IMG/VR virus record: IMGVR_UViG_3300028048_001604
DNA from: an uncultured virus (IMG/VR IMGVR_UViG_3300028048_001604)
Lineage: Duplodnaviria; Heunggongvirae; Uroviricota; Caudoviricetes
Length of the DNA: 64,000 bases
Direction: 5' to 3' (one strand)
Both the position numbers and the translations under genes were made by a program. Shown here in pieces: positions 29,795-39,334 of the stretch. Numbering within the stretch: the stretch's first letter is position 1; the number at the start of each line of letters is the position of its first letter. Below the pieces are notes generated by a model. The model saw only the letters and a program-made list of their open reading frames with translations, searched no databases and was not told where the DNA came from.

Positions 29795-30781
29795 CTAGTT
29801 TTGCAAGTACTCAAATTGATTTATGTAGTCTACCTCTTCCGAGGTTAAACCTAGAATATCTTTGATGTTGACTACCCTATCGTTGCTGGTTGTCACATTA
29901 TCGCATACATATGCCTTAGTAAAATCTAATGCAGGAACATACCTAAACATATCTGTTGTCATTGTGCTAGATACCTGAGCGAGCATTGTATTCATCTGCC
30001 AAAACTTGGATTGGAAAAAAGCCTGACAGTGTTCCGCCTCTACCCTAGTATCGAACACTATAAAAGTAACAAATGAGCCGAAAAATACATCTCCTGCACT
30101 ACAAATACCAATTACAAAGTTTATAGTTGTATGATGTAATGCAGACATTGTACTTGTAAAGATTCTGAACTTATCCATCATATATGTACTGAGTAAATCT
30201 TTACGAGAAATCCATTTAGCCATCTCTGGTTTTGACGCACTCATTTCAACACGAACATCATCGTCTGCTTGTTTAGAATCGTGAAGTAAATTTTGATTTG
30301 CAACATATATTGCACTACCACGAGCATACCCAACGGACTTGGCTACGTCTTTCAGACTACCGTTTGTCTTGCATAATTTCTTACATTTCTGTAATATGCT
30401 AACAAGCATAGGGTTGTATAACCAAAAATCTTCTGTAGAATCATATTCTACCCAATCGAAATCAAAGTACTTTTTATTATGTTTAGATACACCTTTTACC
30501 CAACAGGTTTGTCTTGGTTTTCTACTTGCTAGATAATACATAATACCATCTGGCTCGGTAATGTTAAAAATGTCTGTTTCGTGGCGAAAATATACTACCT
30601 TTTCTAGGTATTTATTCATCCATGAACTCAAGTCTTTTGACATTGATGCATTTACCCATTTAGCTGGAAGTACCATAGACTGATACCCATCTTCTTTTAT
30701 ACACTTCTGAGCCATCGCAATAAATTCATTAAATAAATTATTGTTATATGGTGGATTACCAATAATAAAATCGAACTTCAT
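29795..30781 (-). CDS. Eco57I/type IIG-like adenine methyltransferase, catalytic NPPY half plus target-recognition region
   Basis: True start probably ATG 30781 (MKFDFIIGNPPY), GAGGG RBS; MVLPAKW, FRYVP..DF motifs. Confidence 0.8.
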   Translation of the reverse strand: MKFDFIIGNPPYNNNLFNEFIAMAQKCIKEDGYQSMVLPAKWVNASMSKDLSSWMNKYLEKVVYFRHETDIFNITEPDGIMYYLASRKPRQTCWVKGVSKHNKKYFDFDWVEYDSTEDFWLYNPMLVSILQKCKKLCKTNGSLKDVAKSVGYARGSAIYVANQNLLHDSKQADDDVRVEMSASKPEMAKWISRKDLLSTYMMDKFRIFTSTMSALHHTTINFVIGICSAGDVFFGSFVTFIVFDTRVEAEHCQAFFQSKFWQMNTMLAQVSSTMTTDMFRYVPALDFTKAYVCDNVTTSNDRVVNIKDILGLTSEEVDYINQFEYLQN

Positions 30782-30788
30782 ACTACCC

Positions 30789-31529
30789 TCACAACTTAAA
30801 TAAATCAGTAAACATATCCATAGACATAGAATCGACTGCCTGTTTCTCAATGCTAGTATCGGTAGAATCTTCTCCAAACTTGCTTGCTACCCCATATTTA
30901 TGAATATCTTTACAAGGTATATCTAAATTACTAAAGTCCCACTCATAAAAATAAAGCATATTCTCGTCTTTTAGAGCCATATCGTGAGTGCCATCATTAT
31001 GAACTGTACCTCTACAAGGTATTAGTGTGTTACCCCATACGATGTTTTCTTCGAGGATATTTGCTAGTTCAGAAAGTATATAAGTCTTCTTTTGTATATC
31101 AACATTCTGTAGCCACTTTTCTACAACTTCTAGTACACGCAATCTAGACTCCAGTACATTATCATACTGAACGTCTACCCCATAGATTGTGCCTACTGCG
31201 GTAAATATATCTCTTACAATAGCAATTTCTGGCTGGTCTATAGAAATACCACGCAATTTCCGTTCGATAAACTGAACGGCAAAATTACCCGTACCGATTG
31301 AGGGTTCTAGAATCGTCTTATTTAAAGGTAAAACTCCTTTATCAATACCCTTATCTAAGCCATATTTATCAGAAAACATATCAAGCATATCTGATACACA
31401 CCAAGCAGGAGTCAGTACCTCACCATTTTCTTTTACCCTTGATTTATCTATAATCTCGGACTTACCATCCCAAGACGTACCACCTGTTTCTCGAAGTGGG
31501 CTTTTAATTATCTTTTCTGATACACTCAT
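30789..31529 (-). CDS. DNA methyltransferase SAM-binding half
   Basis: RVKENGEVLTP (motif X), ILEPSIGTGNF (motif I), IYGVDV, NIVWGNTL; no NPPY. Confidence 0.85.
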   Translation of the reverse strand: MSVSEKIIKSPLRETGGTSWDGKSEIIDKSRVKENGEVLTPAWCVSDMLDMFSDKYGLDKGIDKGVLPLNKTILEPSIGTGNFAVQFIERKLRGISIDQPEIAIVRDIFTAVGTIYGVDVQYDNVLESRLRVLEVVEKWLQNVDIQKKTYILSELANILEENIVWGNTLIPCRGTVHNDGTHDMALKDENMLYFYEWDFSNLDIPCKDIHKYGVASKFGEDSTDTSIEKQAVDSMSMDMFTDLFKL

Positions 31530-31539
31530 AAACTATCCC

Positions 31540-32283
31540 TTACTTACCTAAATTACAAATCTTCAAAACTTTACCGTCTAAGTATTCTGGATACCAACGG
31601 TTACCTTTAGGTCTATTAAAACTACTATAATCTACAATAATCTCAACTATTGTTAAATCAGCTGCCTGTGCTCTGTTTGTTTCTTCCGTATCACAATCAG
31701 CCTTGCTATCACCTATAATACATTTAACTACATTACCATTAGCCATGATAAGGTCAACCTTATCTCCACTAGTACCCCATGCAGTTCCAAGAGCAATACA
31801 GATTCTATCTCCATTCATACGAAAACCTGTATTTGGGTCTGTCCATGCACCGTCACCACGAAGTACTTTCCATTGTTTAGACTTCGTATTTGTTACCGCA
31901 CTATAAGGCATATAATTCTTGCCTGATGAATAAAAATAATTCGGTACAATTACCCCATTCGCATTAGCATAATCATATGCCTCACGCTTTTCACGTTCTG
32001 CACGTTGTTCTTGTGTTTCTACCTCAATATCTTGAATACCCGAACCTACTAAATCAGTATCGTTAATTACAAAGTTTGTATTTCCTGAAGTAACTCCGTT
32101 AAAGGTGACGTCTGTATCTGTGTTAGCACCATTTGATGCACTACCTAACATACTTACTAGTGCCGAGCATACACCTGCCCTAGCACCACTTCTTGTTGGA
32201 AGTTCAGATGCTTTGACAGGCTGAATACCCATAGCAATTAGGTATACAGATGCCACTCCTAAACATAGTTTGTTAAACTTCAT
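31540..32283 (-). CDS. secreted protein, putative cell-wall-modifying enzyme (double-psi barrel/3D-like)
   Basis: signal peptide ending VKA; RICIALGT...GDKVDL...IIGDSKAD. Confidence 0.45.
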   Translation of the reverse strand: MKFNKLCLGVASVYLIAMGIQPVKASELPTRSGARAGVCSALVSMLGSASNGANTDTDVTFNGVTSGNTNFVINDTDLVGSGIQDIEVETQEQRAEREKREAYDYANANGVIVPNYFYSSGKNYMPYSAVTNTKSKQWKVLRGDGAWTDPNTGFRMNGDRICIALGTAWGTSGDKVDLIMANGNVVKCIIGDSKADCDTEETNRAQAADLTIVEIIVDYSSFNRPKGNRWYPEYLDGKVLKICNLGK

Positions 32284-32294
32284 TAATACCTCCT

Positions 32295-32975
32295 TTAGTG
32301 CTTGGTTAAGTCTGATACAGTGCTTAACTTCATACTCTCATAGGTATCAATGTTGTCTTTTAGGTTTGACTTGCTTAAAAATTTATTAAGAAAATCATCA
32401 ACACCGAATACTTTTATTTTAGATTTATCTGCTAATTTTGTTTTAGTATCCTTTTCTACTAAAGTGATAGACATTGTTTTCTTCTTGTCTTGTGTCTTAA
32501 AACAATTAGACTTAAATAAATCAAAATAAACTGTATCAAACATAGTTTCAATATCACTATCAGAAAGCTCACCCTGTAGATACTTATTTATGGTATCTTT
32601 TACAGTTATCTTGTCTGTAGACAACTTTGTAATTGTCTTAAACGGAGCATATGTAACTTCAAACGTATAAGAAGTACCCTTTGTCGTTTTCGCTGTGGAA
32701 ACTAAAGATACTTTTCTTATACTCTTTGATAGTGACTTCAAAATCAATTCTTTGTATTTGTTATCTTCAACGTAAATATTAGAATCAAGTAATTTCATGT
32801 CTCCGCTACATTTATCGCAAGTAATATAGTCAGCATCCTTAAATGCCGTCATATACCCTAATGCGGAAGATGTTTTTAACTTATCTAACTTTACATGATT
32901 ATAACATAAAACAATGATAATTGTCAAGATAAAAATAGCGGATATGCTTATACAAATTCGCATTTTAGATTTCAT
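32295..32975 (-). CDS. membrane-anchored hypothetical protein
   Basis: N-terminal TM helix. Confidence 0.65.
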   Translation of the reverse strand: MKSKMRICISISAIFILTIIIVLCYNHVKLDKLKTSSALGYMTAFKDADYITCDKCSGDMKLLDSNIYVEDNKYKELILKSLSKSIRKVSLVSTAKTTKGTSYTFEVTYAPFKTITKLSTDKITVKDTINKYLQGELSDSDIETMFDTVYFDLFKSNCFKTQDKKKTMSITLVEKDTKTKLADKSKIKVFGVDDFLNKFLSKSNLKDNIDTYESMKLSTVSDLTKH

Positions 32976-33663
32976 CTGAACTAATCTCCTCTACATGAAT
33001 TGATTTATCTACATTTTCTACTTCTCTGTTGAAAATATAAATTTCATTATTATACTTTCCGTCAACTGGGTAGATTGTGGCAGTGCCTTTAATGTTTTCT
33101 ACATTATAGATTTTACCCTTGTCATTTACCCCATATTCTACCATAGCAAACTGAAAACCGTCCTCGGCAAAAATATCCATAATCTCAAGAATTACACGTT
33201 TTGCCTCAGGATGCAGACCGCTCAAGATTTCATCCATAACAAGTAGACGTCTACCCTTTCGTATCTCAATCAGAGATACTACAAAAAGGAACGAGATGAC
33301 CTGCCTTAAACCTGTACCTGATTGTAAAGTAAGGTCACGAGTATTACCATTAGAACCAGTCAACTCAATATTAATATGAGCATACTGACCCTGATACATT
33401 GTTTTCTTTACAGTAATACTTCTACTATCATTCGGAAACAACTCCTGTAAAGTTTTATTGATAATACCCATAACATAGTTGAGGATAGCATTTGTGTTAG
33501 CGTCTGATACAGATGCTAACAACTGCTGAGCCTCAAGCATATTAACATATTCTGTATTTTTATCGCTTAACTTCTTTGTCAGTTCATCAATATGAGCCTG
33601 CAACTTCTGTGCCTGTTCGTACTGACTTTTAACTGCATAAACTTCACTACTATATTTACTCAT
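32965..33663 (-). CDS. SbcC/Rad50-like ABC ATPase, C-terminal half
   Basis: short coiled coil, signature LQSGTG, Walker B LLVMDE, D-loop-like SGLH; no Walker A. Confidence 0.8.
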   Translation of the reverse strand: MSKYSSEVYAVKSQYEQAQKLQAHIDELTKKLSDKNTEYVNMLEAQQLLASVSDANTNAILNYVMGIINKTLQELFPNDSRSITVKKTMYQGQYAHINIELTGSNGNTRDLTLQSGTGLRQVISFLFVVSLIEIRKGRRLLVMDEILSGLHPEAKRVILEIMDIFAEDGFQFAMVEYGVNDKGKIYNVENIKGTATIYPVDGKYNNEIYIFNREVENVDKSIHVEEISSDEI

Positions 33664-33700
33664 TTTACCTCCATCTCTCTAGGTCTTTTAACATATTACT

Positions 33701-33729
33701 ATTATACCATATAAGACCATATAAGTCAA
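33701..33729 (-). promoter_or_regulatory. sigmaA promoter of the Rad50 C-half gene, overlapped by a 13-bp perfect inverted repeat
   Basis: TTGACT-17 nt-TATAAT with TG; AGACCATATAAGT (33714-33726) / ACTTATATGGTCT (33735-33747). Confidence 0.8.
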
Positions 33730-33762
33730 GTTAAACTTATATGGTCTGTTAAAGAAAAATGA

Positions 33763-34137
33763 TTAATCATGATATAGTGTAGAGTTTACTAAATTATAAT
33801 TCGTACCCAAGAGAGTGATACCGTCTGTAGTACAATCAGCCTTTAACTTACTATAATCATGGTTATCAATAGCAGTTTTTAGTGTGGTAGCATCTGCAAC
33901 ATCAATATTACAAGAACCGCCACGATACTGCAAAACTCCTTTTTCATCCGTTAGATACAAAGTATAATCATACCCTTGTGGCAAAAATACATTATACGTA
34001 AGAACGCCTGCACCATCGATTTCTTCTACTGTAATACCGTCTTTTGATACCTTTATGCCGTCTGATTTGTCTACCCTTGAGCTACAAGCCGTAAACAGAA
34101 ATAATACACACAATAGCAATACAATTCTCTTAAGCAT
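33763..34137 (-). CDS. lipoprotein
   Basis: MLKR, hydrophobic stretch, lipobox-like FTAC. Confidence 0.7.
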   Translation of the reverse strand: MLKRIVLLLCVLFLFTACSSRVDKSDGIKVSKDGITVEEIDGAGVLTYNVFLPQGYDYTLYLTDEKGVLQYRGGSCNIDVADATTLKTAIDNHDYSKLKADCTTDGITLLGTNYNLVNSTLYHD

Positions 34138-34146
34138 TACACTCTC

Positions 34147-35514
34147 CTACTGAACACGTACTCTTACAATAGAGAACCAAGCGTCTGAGGTGTCAGCAAA
34201 TACAATACCCTGATGTCTTGCGTCTCCACCATTTGAATAAATAATCTTTACCGTAGAATTTTCGGATTCAAAAGAAGAATCTCCTGTGTCTGCACCAATA
34301 ATAGCTTTATTGATAATATCTGGCATAATACGGAAACTAACCTTTCCTGACTGAACCCCTTCAAAACCGTGGAATTCTGTAGGGTTGATAGTCTGGTCAT
34401 AAACCGAATTTGATACTTCTACAGTTCTATCATCTCTATTCATACAAACAGTAACTGTTTCATTCTTAAATGCAAGACGCTTGATAATATCCTTAAAATA
34501 ACATCTATCAAAGATAGCATAGTTATCCTTATCGTATTTACCCTCTGTATCGAGATACATTTGAGTGGTTGCAGACATATCAATCAACTGACTATCATAA
34601 AGCATAAATGCTTCTACCCCGTCGGATTTGAACATAAGATACTCCGCCTGCTTTGTAACTTCTACTGAATCAAGCATTTGAACACCATCTGCCTGAACTA
34701 CCCCTGCAAAAGAGCCTGAGCAAACAACCTTATCAATAAAAAGCAATACCTTATAATTAAGACGAATATCCTTGAAAATATCGTTATTTTCAGATACAAG
34801 CATATTTCTAATGAAAGATGCATGGTTAGGACTCATAGCGGAAACATAATCTTCCTTAAAAGTCATAAAACTGTAGATATTTGTTCCGTTACCCATTAAG
34901 CCTAAAAGTGTGGCTGTGTATAACTTCAACACATTTGAATCAGTAGTCTCAAACTTGGCATCAGCAGGAACTACCCTTGAGATACTGTGCATTTGAGTAG
35001 CATTAATTACCAAAGATGCAAAAGTATATGTAGAAATCATAGGCTGAGTATTTTCAGCTGCTATTAAATCAGACTCTTCTGCATATTCATCTTCAATATC
35101 AAGAATACCGAGCTGACTATCGTCGGAAGTCTGTGTTTTACCCTTTGGCACTTCTACAACGGTGAGCTTGATAGAACCATTTACTGTCTCAAGAGTAAAT
35201 GAATCTACTCTAGTAGTTCTGACAGTCTTATACGTAGACAAGAAACCAATCAGCTCTTTAGAATCAATCTGCATATAAGCAAAACCGTTCTTATATTCAG
35301 TATCATCTACCTCTGCTAATACATCGTCTGTCGATAATACCCTACGATAGGTAATCATGCTACTAACTGCAATCAAGGAAACCAAGCCTGTCGCCTGTTC
35401 TACCCTAAAGATGATACCCTTGGCATTTGCACTATTACCTGCATCTTCACTGACTAACTGCAATTCTGCAAAGTCAGTCATAATCTTGTTAAAATTCTTA
35501 AATGTTAAACGCAT
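34147..35514 (-). CDS. probable DNA sliding clamp (DnaN/beta-like, divergent)
   Basis: KGIIFRV...VSLIAVS, IDSKELIGFL, FDRCYFKDIIKRL resemble beta-clamp domain patterns; size and context fit. Confidence 0.5.
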   Translation of the reverse strand: MRLTFKNFNKIMTDFAELQLVSEDAGNSANAKGIIFRVEQATGLVSLIAVSSMITYRRVLSTDDVLAEVDDTEYKNGFAYMQIDSKELIGFLSTYKTVRTTRVDSFTLETVNGSIKLTVVEVPKGKTQTSDDSQLGILDIEDEYAEESDLIAAENTQPMISTYTFASLVINATQMHSISRVVPADAKFETTDSNVLKLYTATLLGLMGNGTNIYSFMTFKEDYVSAMSPNHASFIRNMLVSENNDIFKDIRLNYKVLLFIDKVVCSGSFAGVVQADGVQMLDSVEVTKQAEYLMFKSDGVEAFMLYDSQLIDMSATTQMYLDTEGKYDKDNYAIFDRCYFKDIIKRLAFKNETVTVCMNRDDRTVEVSNSVYDQTINPTEFHGFEGVQSGKVSFRIMPDIINKAIIGADTGDSSFESENSTVKIIYSNGGDARHQGIVFADTSDAWFSIVRVRVQ

Positions 35515-35525
35515 TTATGTACCTC

Positions 35526-36203
35526 CTACTGAAAATCTGTACCTGACAGAATAGAATTAAAATTAATTGGTGGTGCAGATACAGGTGTGCTTGATACAGG
35601 AGTCATTGTCTGCTGAGTAGGAGCAGGAGCTGGAGTAGGAGCTGTTGCCTGAGAGATAGGTACAGTAACTGGCTGAGGTGTTGGTGCCTCTACGTGAGGT
35701 GCAGGTGCTACAACCTGAGTCTGCTCTACCCTTGTTGGTGGTGCTACATTAGGCTGAGCCTGTGGCATTTCTACCCTAGCTGGCTGAGTTACATTAGTCT
35801 GTGGCACTTCTACCATAGTAGGCTGAACCTGTGCCTGTGACATTTCTACCTTTGTTGGCTGAACCTGTGGCATTTCTACATTAGCAGACTGCGATACATT
35901 TACATTAGCCTGCTGTACTTCTTCCTTGGCTTCTTCAAAGTTACCCTGCTTGATTGCGGATAAGGTAGTTTCAAGTTTGGCTACCTCTGCCTGCTTTTCT
36001 GCAAGTACCTTATTATATTCAGCCTCTACAGTCTCTGGAGTTAAATCTACCCCATAACTTGCTTTGTAGTTAGCAATAGCAGTAGATAACTGAGTCTCTA
36101 GAGCCTGTTTCTTACCCAAATTAACCTGTCGTTCCTTGTTCAAGGTCTGAACCTGAGCATTTACACTAGAAATCTTCTGTAGCAATTCATTATAATTGGT
36201 CAT
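35526..36203 (-). CDS. coiled-coil protein with Q/P-rich repetitive tail
   Basis: ~95-aa coiled coil then VEMPQ/QPT repeats. Confidence 0.75.
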   Translation of the reverse strand: MTNYNELLQKISSVNAQVQTLNKERQVNLGKKQALETQLSTAIANYKASYGVDLTPETVEAEYNKVLAEKQAEVAKLETTLSAIKQGNFEEAKEEVQQANVNVSQSANVEMPQVQPTKVEMSQAQVQPTMVEVPQTNVTQPARVEMPQAQPNVAPPTRVEQTQVVAPAPHVEAPTPQPVTVPISQATAPTPAPAPTQQTMTPVSSTPVSAPPINFNSILSGTDFQ

Positions 36204-36215
36204 TTTTCAATCTCC

Positions 36216-36398
36216 TTACTTTAAATTCAAAGTCTTGATAAACTCTTCAACAGTCTTAACCTTAAACTGCTTCCTACCGCTAGGCAAAACACGGTCTACT
36301 TTGATTTTACCCTGTTTGATATAGGAACGCATGGTCATATGCGATACCCCAACCATTTCAGCTGCCTCTGGGATAGAAATATAATCCTTTGTGGGCAT
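36216..36398 (-). CDS. excisionase-type HTH DNA-binding protein
   Basis: YISIPEAAEMVGVSHMTMRSYIKQGKI..LPSGR. Confidence 0.85.
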   Translation of the reverse strand: MPTKDYISIPEAAEMVGVSHMTMRSYIKQGKIKVDRVLPSGRKQFKVKTVEEFIKTLNLK

Positions 36399-36458
36399 TT
36401 TACAACCTCCTTTTTATCAAAATATATACTAAAGTAAAAATAACAAGTTCTTTCAGTC

Positions 36459-37481
36459 TCATTCAGTACCCATAACCTTTCTGATGTAGGACTTGGCTAC
36501 TTCTTTTGCATTTTCACTAGCACTAGGAATAGCGTCAATCTGCTTTTCATAATCTCCTGCTACAATTTCATAAGAAATAATCTCCTGTAGAGTTTCAGAT
36601 AAATGCTCTTTTCTAATCTTCTCAGCCATTTCATCTTCGGTCTCCTCGGAGATAACTTTATCTGCGTCGATAAACAAGTCTTTAACTGGAGTTAAATCCA
36701 TACGCTCCTGCAAAATATCGGTCTGACCGCTATCAGCATTATACCCTAGGATTAAGTACCAGCAATACTCATAGTTATTTTCGTCTGCAACTGGTCGAGT
36801 TGGACAGCCTAAATAAAATAAGTTACATGGTGCCCCATTCGGCATTGTAGTACTTATAAACTGAGGACTTGGGTTATGAATATGCCCACTGATAACAAGT
36901 TCTACCCCGTTGAAGTTTTCGAGATTGCCTAATTCGATACCGTCTCCACCACTATACCAAGTAGTCTTACCACTAATTTCATAGTTATTGTGACCAACTA
37001 CTACGTTAGAAACACCCTGAGGTGCAAGTTCTAATGTCTGATGCTCTTTACCATAATCTACTAAATGAAAACGTACCTCTGGTAAAGCGTCACCTTTCTT
37101 CGCATAGTAATCAAAATACCCATTACAAGCAGAAGAATCAACAATAAGGCAGAGTGTGCATAAAAGATTAAAGTCTGGGTAACCCTTAACATCATGGTTG
37201 CCTCTAACTGCATATACCTTACATACGGAATTCCATTCCATTAACACTTTACAAAATAGAGATAACACTTCCCTACTTTTAATATTCGTTTCAGACCAAC
37301 CGATAATATCGCCTGCCAATACAACTGCACTAGGTCTAATCTCCTTGATTTTATCGGTAATCTGCCTTAATACGGTAAAACAATTTGCAAGGTAATCTTT
37401 GTGTCTACCCGTATATACATCTGATATATGTAAATCCCCAACGCAAAGAACTTTACCGCCATATACCTTGTTTAAGTCCAT
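36459..37481 (-). CDS. sbcD: SbcD/Mre11-like metallophosphoesterase nuclease
   Basis: GDLH, AGDI, GNHD, GHIH, GCP motifs; lies between the two Rad50 halves. Confidence 0.85.
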   Translation of the reverse strand: MDLNKVYGGKVLCVGDLHISDVYTGRHKDYLANCFTVLRQITDKIKEIRPSAVVLAGDIIGWSETNIKSREVLSLFCKVLMEWNSVCKVYAVRGNHDVKGYPDFNLLCTLCLIVDSSACNGYFDYYAKKGDALPEVRFHLVDYGKEHQTLELAPQGVSNVVVGHNNYEISGKTTWYSGGDGIELGNLENFNGVELVISGHIHNPSPQFISTTMPNGAPCNLFYLGCPTRPVADENNYEYCWYLILGYNADSGQTDILQERMDLTPVKDLFIDADKVISEETEDEMAEKIRKEHLSETLQEIISYEIVAGDYEKQIDAIPSASENAKEVAKSYIRKVMGTE

Positions 37482-37511
37482 CTGCTTAAACTCCTTTCTA
37501 ATTATATTAAT

Positions 37512-37540
37512 ATTATACCATATAGTCTTGATAACGTCAA
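37512..37540 (-). promoter_or_regulatory. sigmaA promoter with extended -10
   Basis: TTGACG-17 nt-TATAAT with TG extension. Confidence 0.75.
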
Positions 37541-37564
37541 TAGAATCTATAAAATTTTTACAGT

Positions 37565-38215
37565 TTATAATTGTAAAGTTTTAGCCTTGAATACCCTGTA
37601 TGCTCGTAGAAATGTTTCAGTATCTGCTGGACTTAAAGCTACTTTTACTTTACCCTTCGTAACTACTGTTGTTTCAGTATTGTCTAGATAAATATTATTG
37701 TAGCTTACCTTATATATTTTTGAATCTGTTTCTACTTTTACATAATCTTTAGAACATACAAATGTTATTGATGTTGGCTTTGATACCTCGCTACCCGAAT
37801 AATCTTTATTCTTGATGTAATCTAGCCTGACTAATACCCCTACGATAATGAAAATGGCAACGATTATACCTAAAGCAATACCATCTTTAATACGTCTTTT
37901 ATGTCTGTATTCTGCTTTTAACTTATCGTTATCAGTAAGTAACTGCATAAGAATATTGTACTTCTCTTGTTGACTTACAGTAAGAGTACCTCGTGATTCT
38001 AACTCTATCTTTTTATTATATGTCTCTACAATAGAGTCACGTTCTTCTTTCAGCAAGGTTATCTTTTCGTTGTCTACCCCTATATGCTTAAGGCTTGCTA
38101 ATTCAGAGTGTACTAGGTTTACTTCGTCTTTAGTTAGTAATGCACCTGAATCTACCTTTTGTATTAAATCTTTTATATTCATATACTTATATCTACACCT
38201 GCCTTCGTTTAGCAT
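37565..38215 (-). CDS. single-pass membrane protein
   Basis: central TM GIALGIIVAIFIIVGVLV; start uncertain. Confidence 0.65.
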   Translation of the reverse strand: MLNEGRCRYKYMNIKDLIQKVDSGALLTKDEVNLVHSELASLKHIGVDNEKITLLKEERDSIVETYNKKIELESRGTLTVSQQEKYNILMQLLTDNDKLKAEYRHKRRIKDGIALGIIVAIFIIVGVLVRLDYIKNKDYSGSEVSKPTSITFVCSKDYVKVETDSKIYKVSYNNIYLDNTETTVVTKGKVKVALSPADTETFLRAYRVFKAKTLQL

Positions 38216-38377
38216 TGTCTCAAAAATACTATCTTGCTAATAAATGTGAAGAAACGTGCGAGTCGCTAGTACAACTCAAAAATTTAAAGTTTAAACATTA
38301 TTTTTAGGTATGCTCTGCATATAGAAAAATCTAGTAAAAACTAGAAAATTTTCGATATACTAAAATCGAAAAAAGTC

Positions 38378-39334
38378 TTATTTCTTTGAATTGCCAAGCT
38401 GGATTATGATACCCGATTTGATGTTCTTTACCACAAACATAAAGTCAGAACTGAAAGTGGCATCTACACTTGATATATTATCGTAGTTACCGTCTTTCTT
38501 TAATGTGTCACCACTCAAATCGAAGTAATTTATAGTAATATTGTTGGCATAAGAATTGTCTGCTTTTAGCTTACCATTCTTCGTAATAGCATTAAGATAC
38601 TGACCATTATTTGAATACGAAGAAATACTAAATGGGTTTACCCCGATTGTTTTGTACTCTTTGGTAAACTTTATGGTCTGCCAATTTTTATCCAAAAGGT
38701 CATCACTACCCTGTATCAGATAGAGTTCGTACTCATTATTAATTGGTATACCATAGATACTTGTAGTATCAGAAGAATAATAATCACAATACCCTTGATA
38801 ATACAAAGTACCACTATTATCCTTATGGAAAGGAGCGTCTGCATTGAAAATACAAAGACCTGCTATCTTAATATTTTTAGTATCGATACCCTTGATTTTC
38901 TTGATGCTTACAGCACCTTTAGTCTTGTCTTTTACAGTACCCCAATGCTTGAACGTAGATACAGATTTATCAGAAACAACATACTTTGAATTAGCAAAAT
39001 CTTTATAGCCTGTTTTATATGCTTCAAAAATAGTACCGTCTTCAGTACCCTTTGATATATTATAGTCATACAAAATCTTCTGTATTGCTATTGGACTCTC
39101 TAAATTAGAGGAGTCTTTAGTGCTTGATAAAAACTCATGTATGTACGTGTTATTAGCATTGTCTATAATCTTATATACAGAATCGTTAGGGTACTTATAT
39201 CTATACAGATACTTGTCAATGGTCTTATACCCACCTAGCATATACCATGACATAAGTATGATAGGAACTGCTAGTACTATAATCAGTATATCATAAATTA
39301 TACATACTATATCTGTATCTTTCTTGGAGAACAT
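38378..39334 (-). CDS. membrane-anchored hypothetical protein
   Basis: N-terminal TM, polar extracellular-like remainder. Confidence 0.65.
   Translation of the reverse strand: MFSKKDTDIVCIIYDILIIVLAVPIILMSWYMLGGYKTIDKYLYRYKYPNDSVYKIIDNANNTYIHEFLSSTKDSSNLESPIAIQKILYDYNISKGTEDGTIFEAYKTGYKDFANSKYVVSDKSVSTFKHWGTVKDKTKGAVSIKKIKGIDTKNIKIAGLCIFNADAPFHKDNSGTLYYQGYCDYYSSDTTSIYGIPINNEYELYLIQGSDDLLDKNWQTIKFTKEYKTIGVNPFSISSYSNNGQYLNAITKNGKLKADNSYANNITINYFDLSGDTLKKDGNYDNISSVDATFSSDFMFVVKNIKSGIIIQLGNSKK

Noticed and set aside
30782..30877. N-terminal extension of the NPPY methyltransferase ORF
   Set aside because: Overlaps the upstream gene; RBS and family start pattern (MKFD.IIGNPPY) indicate a start at 30781.
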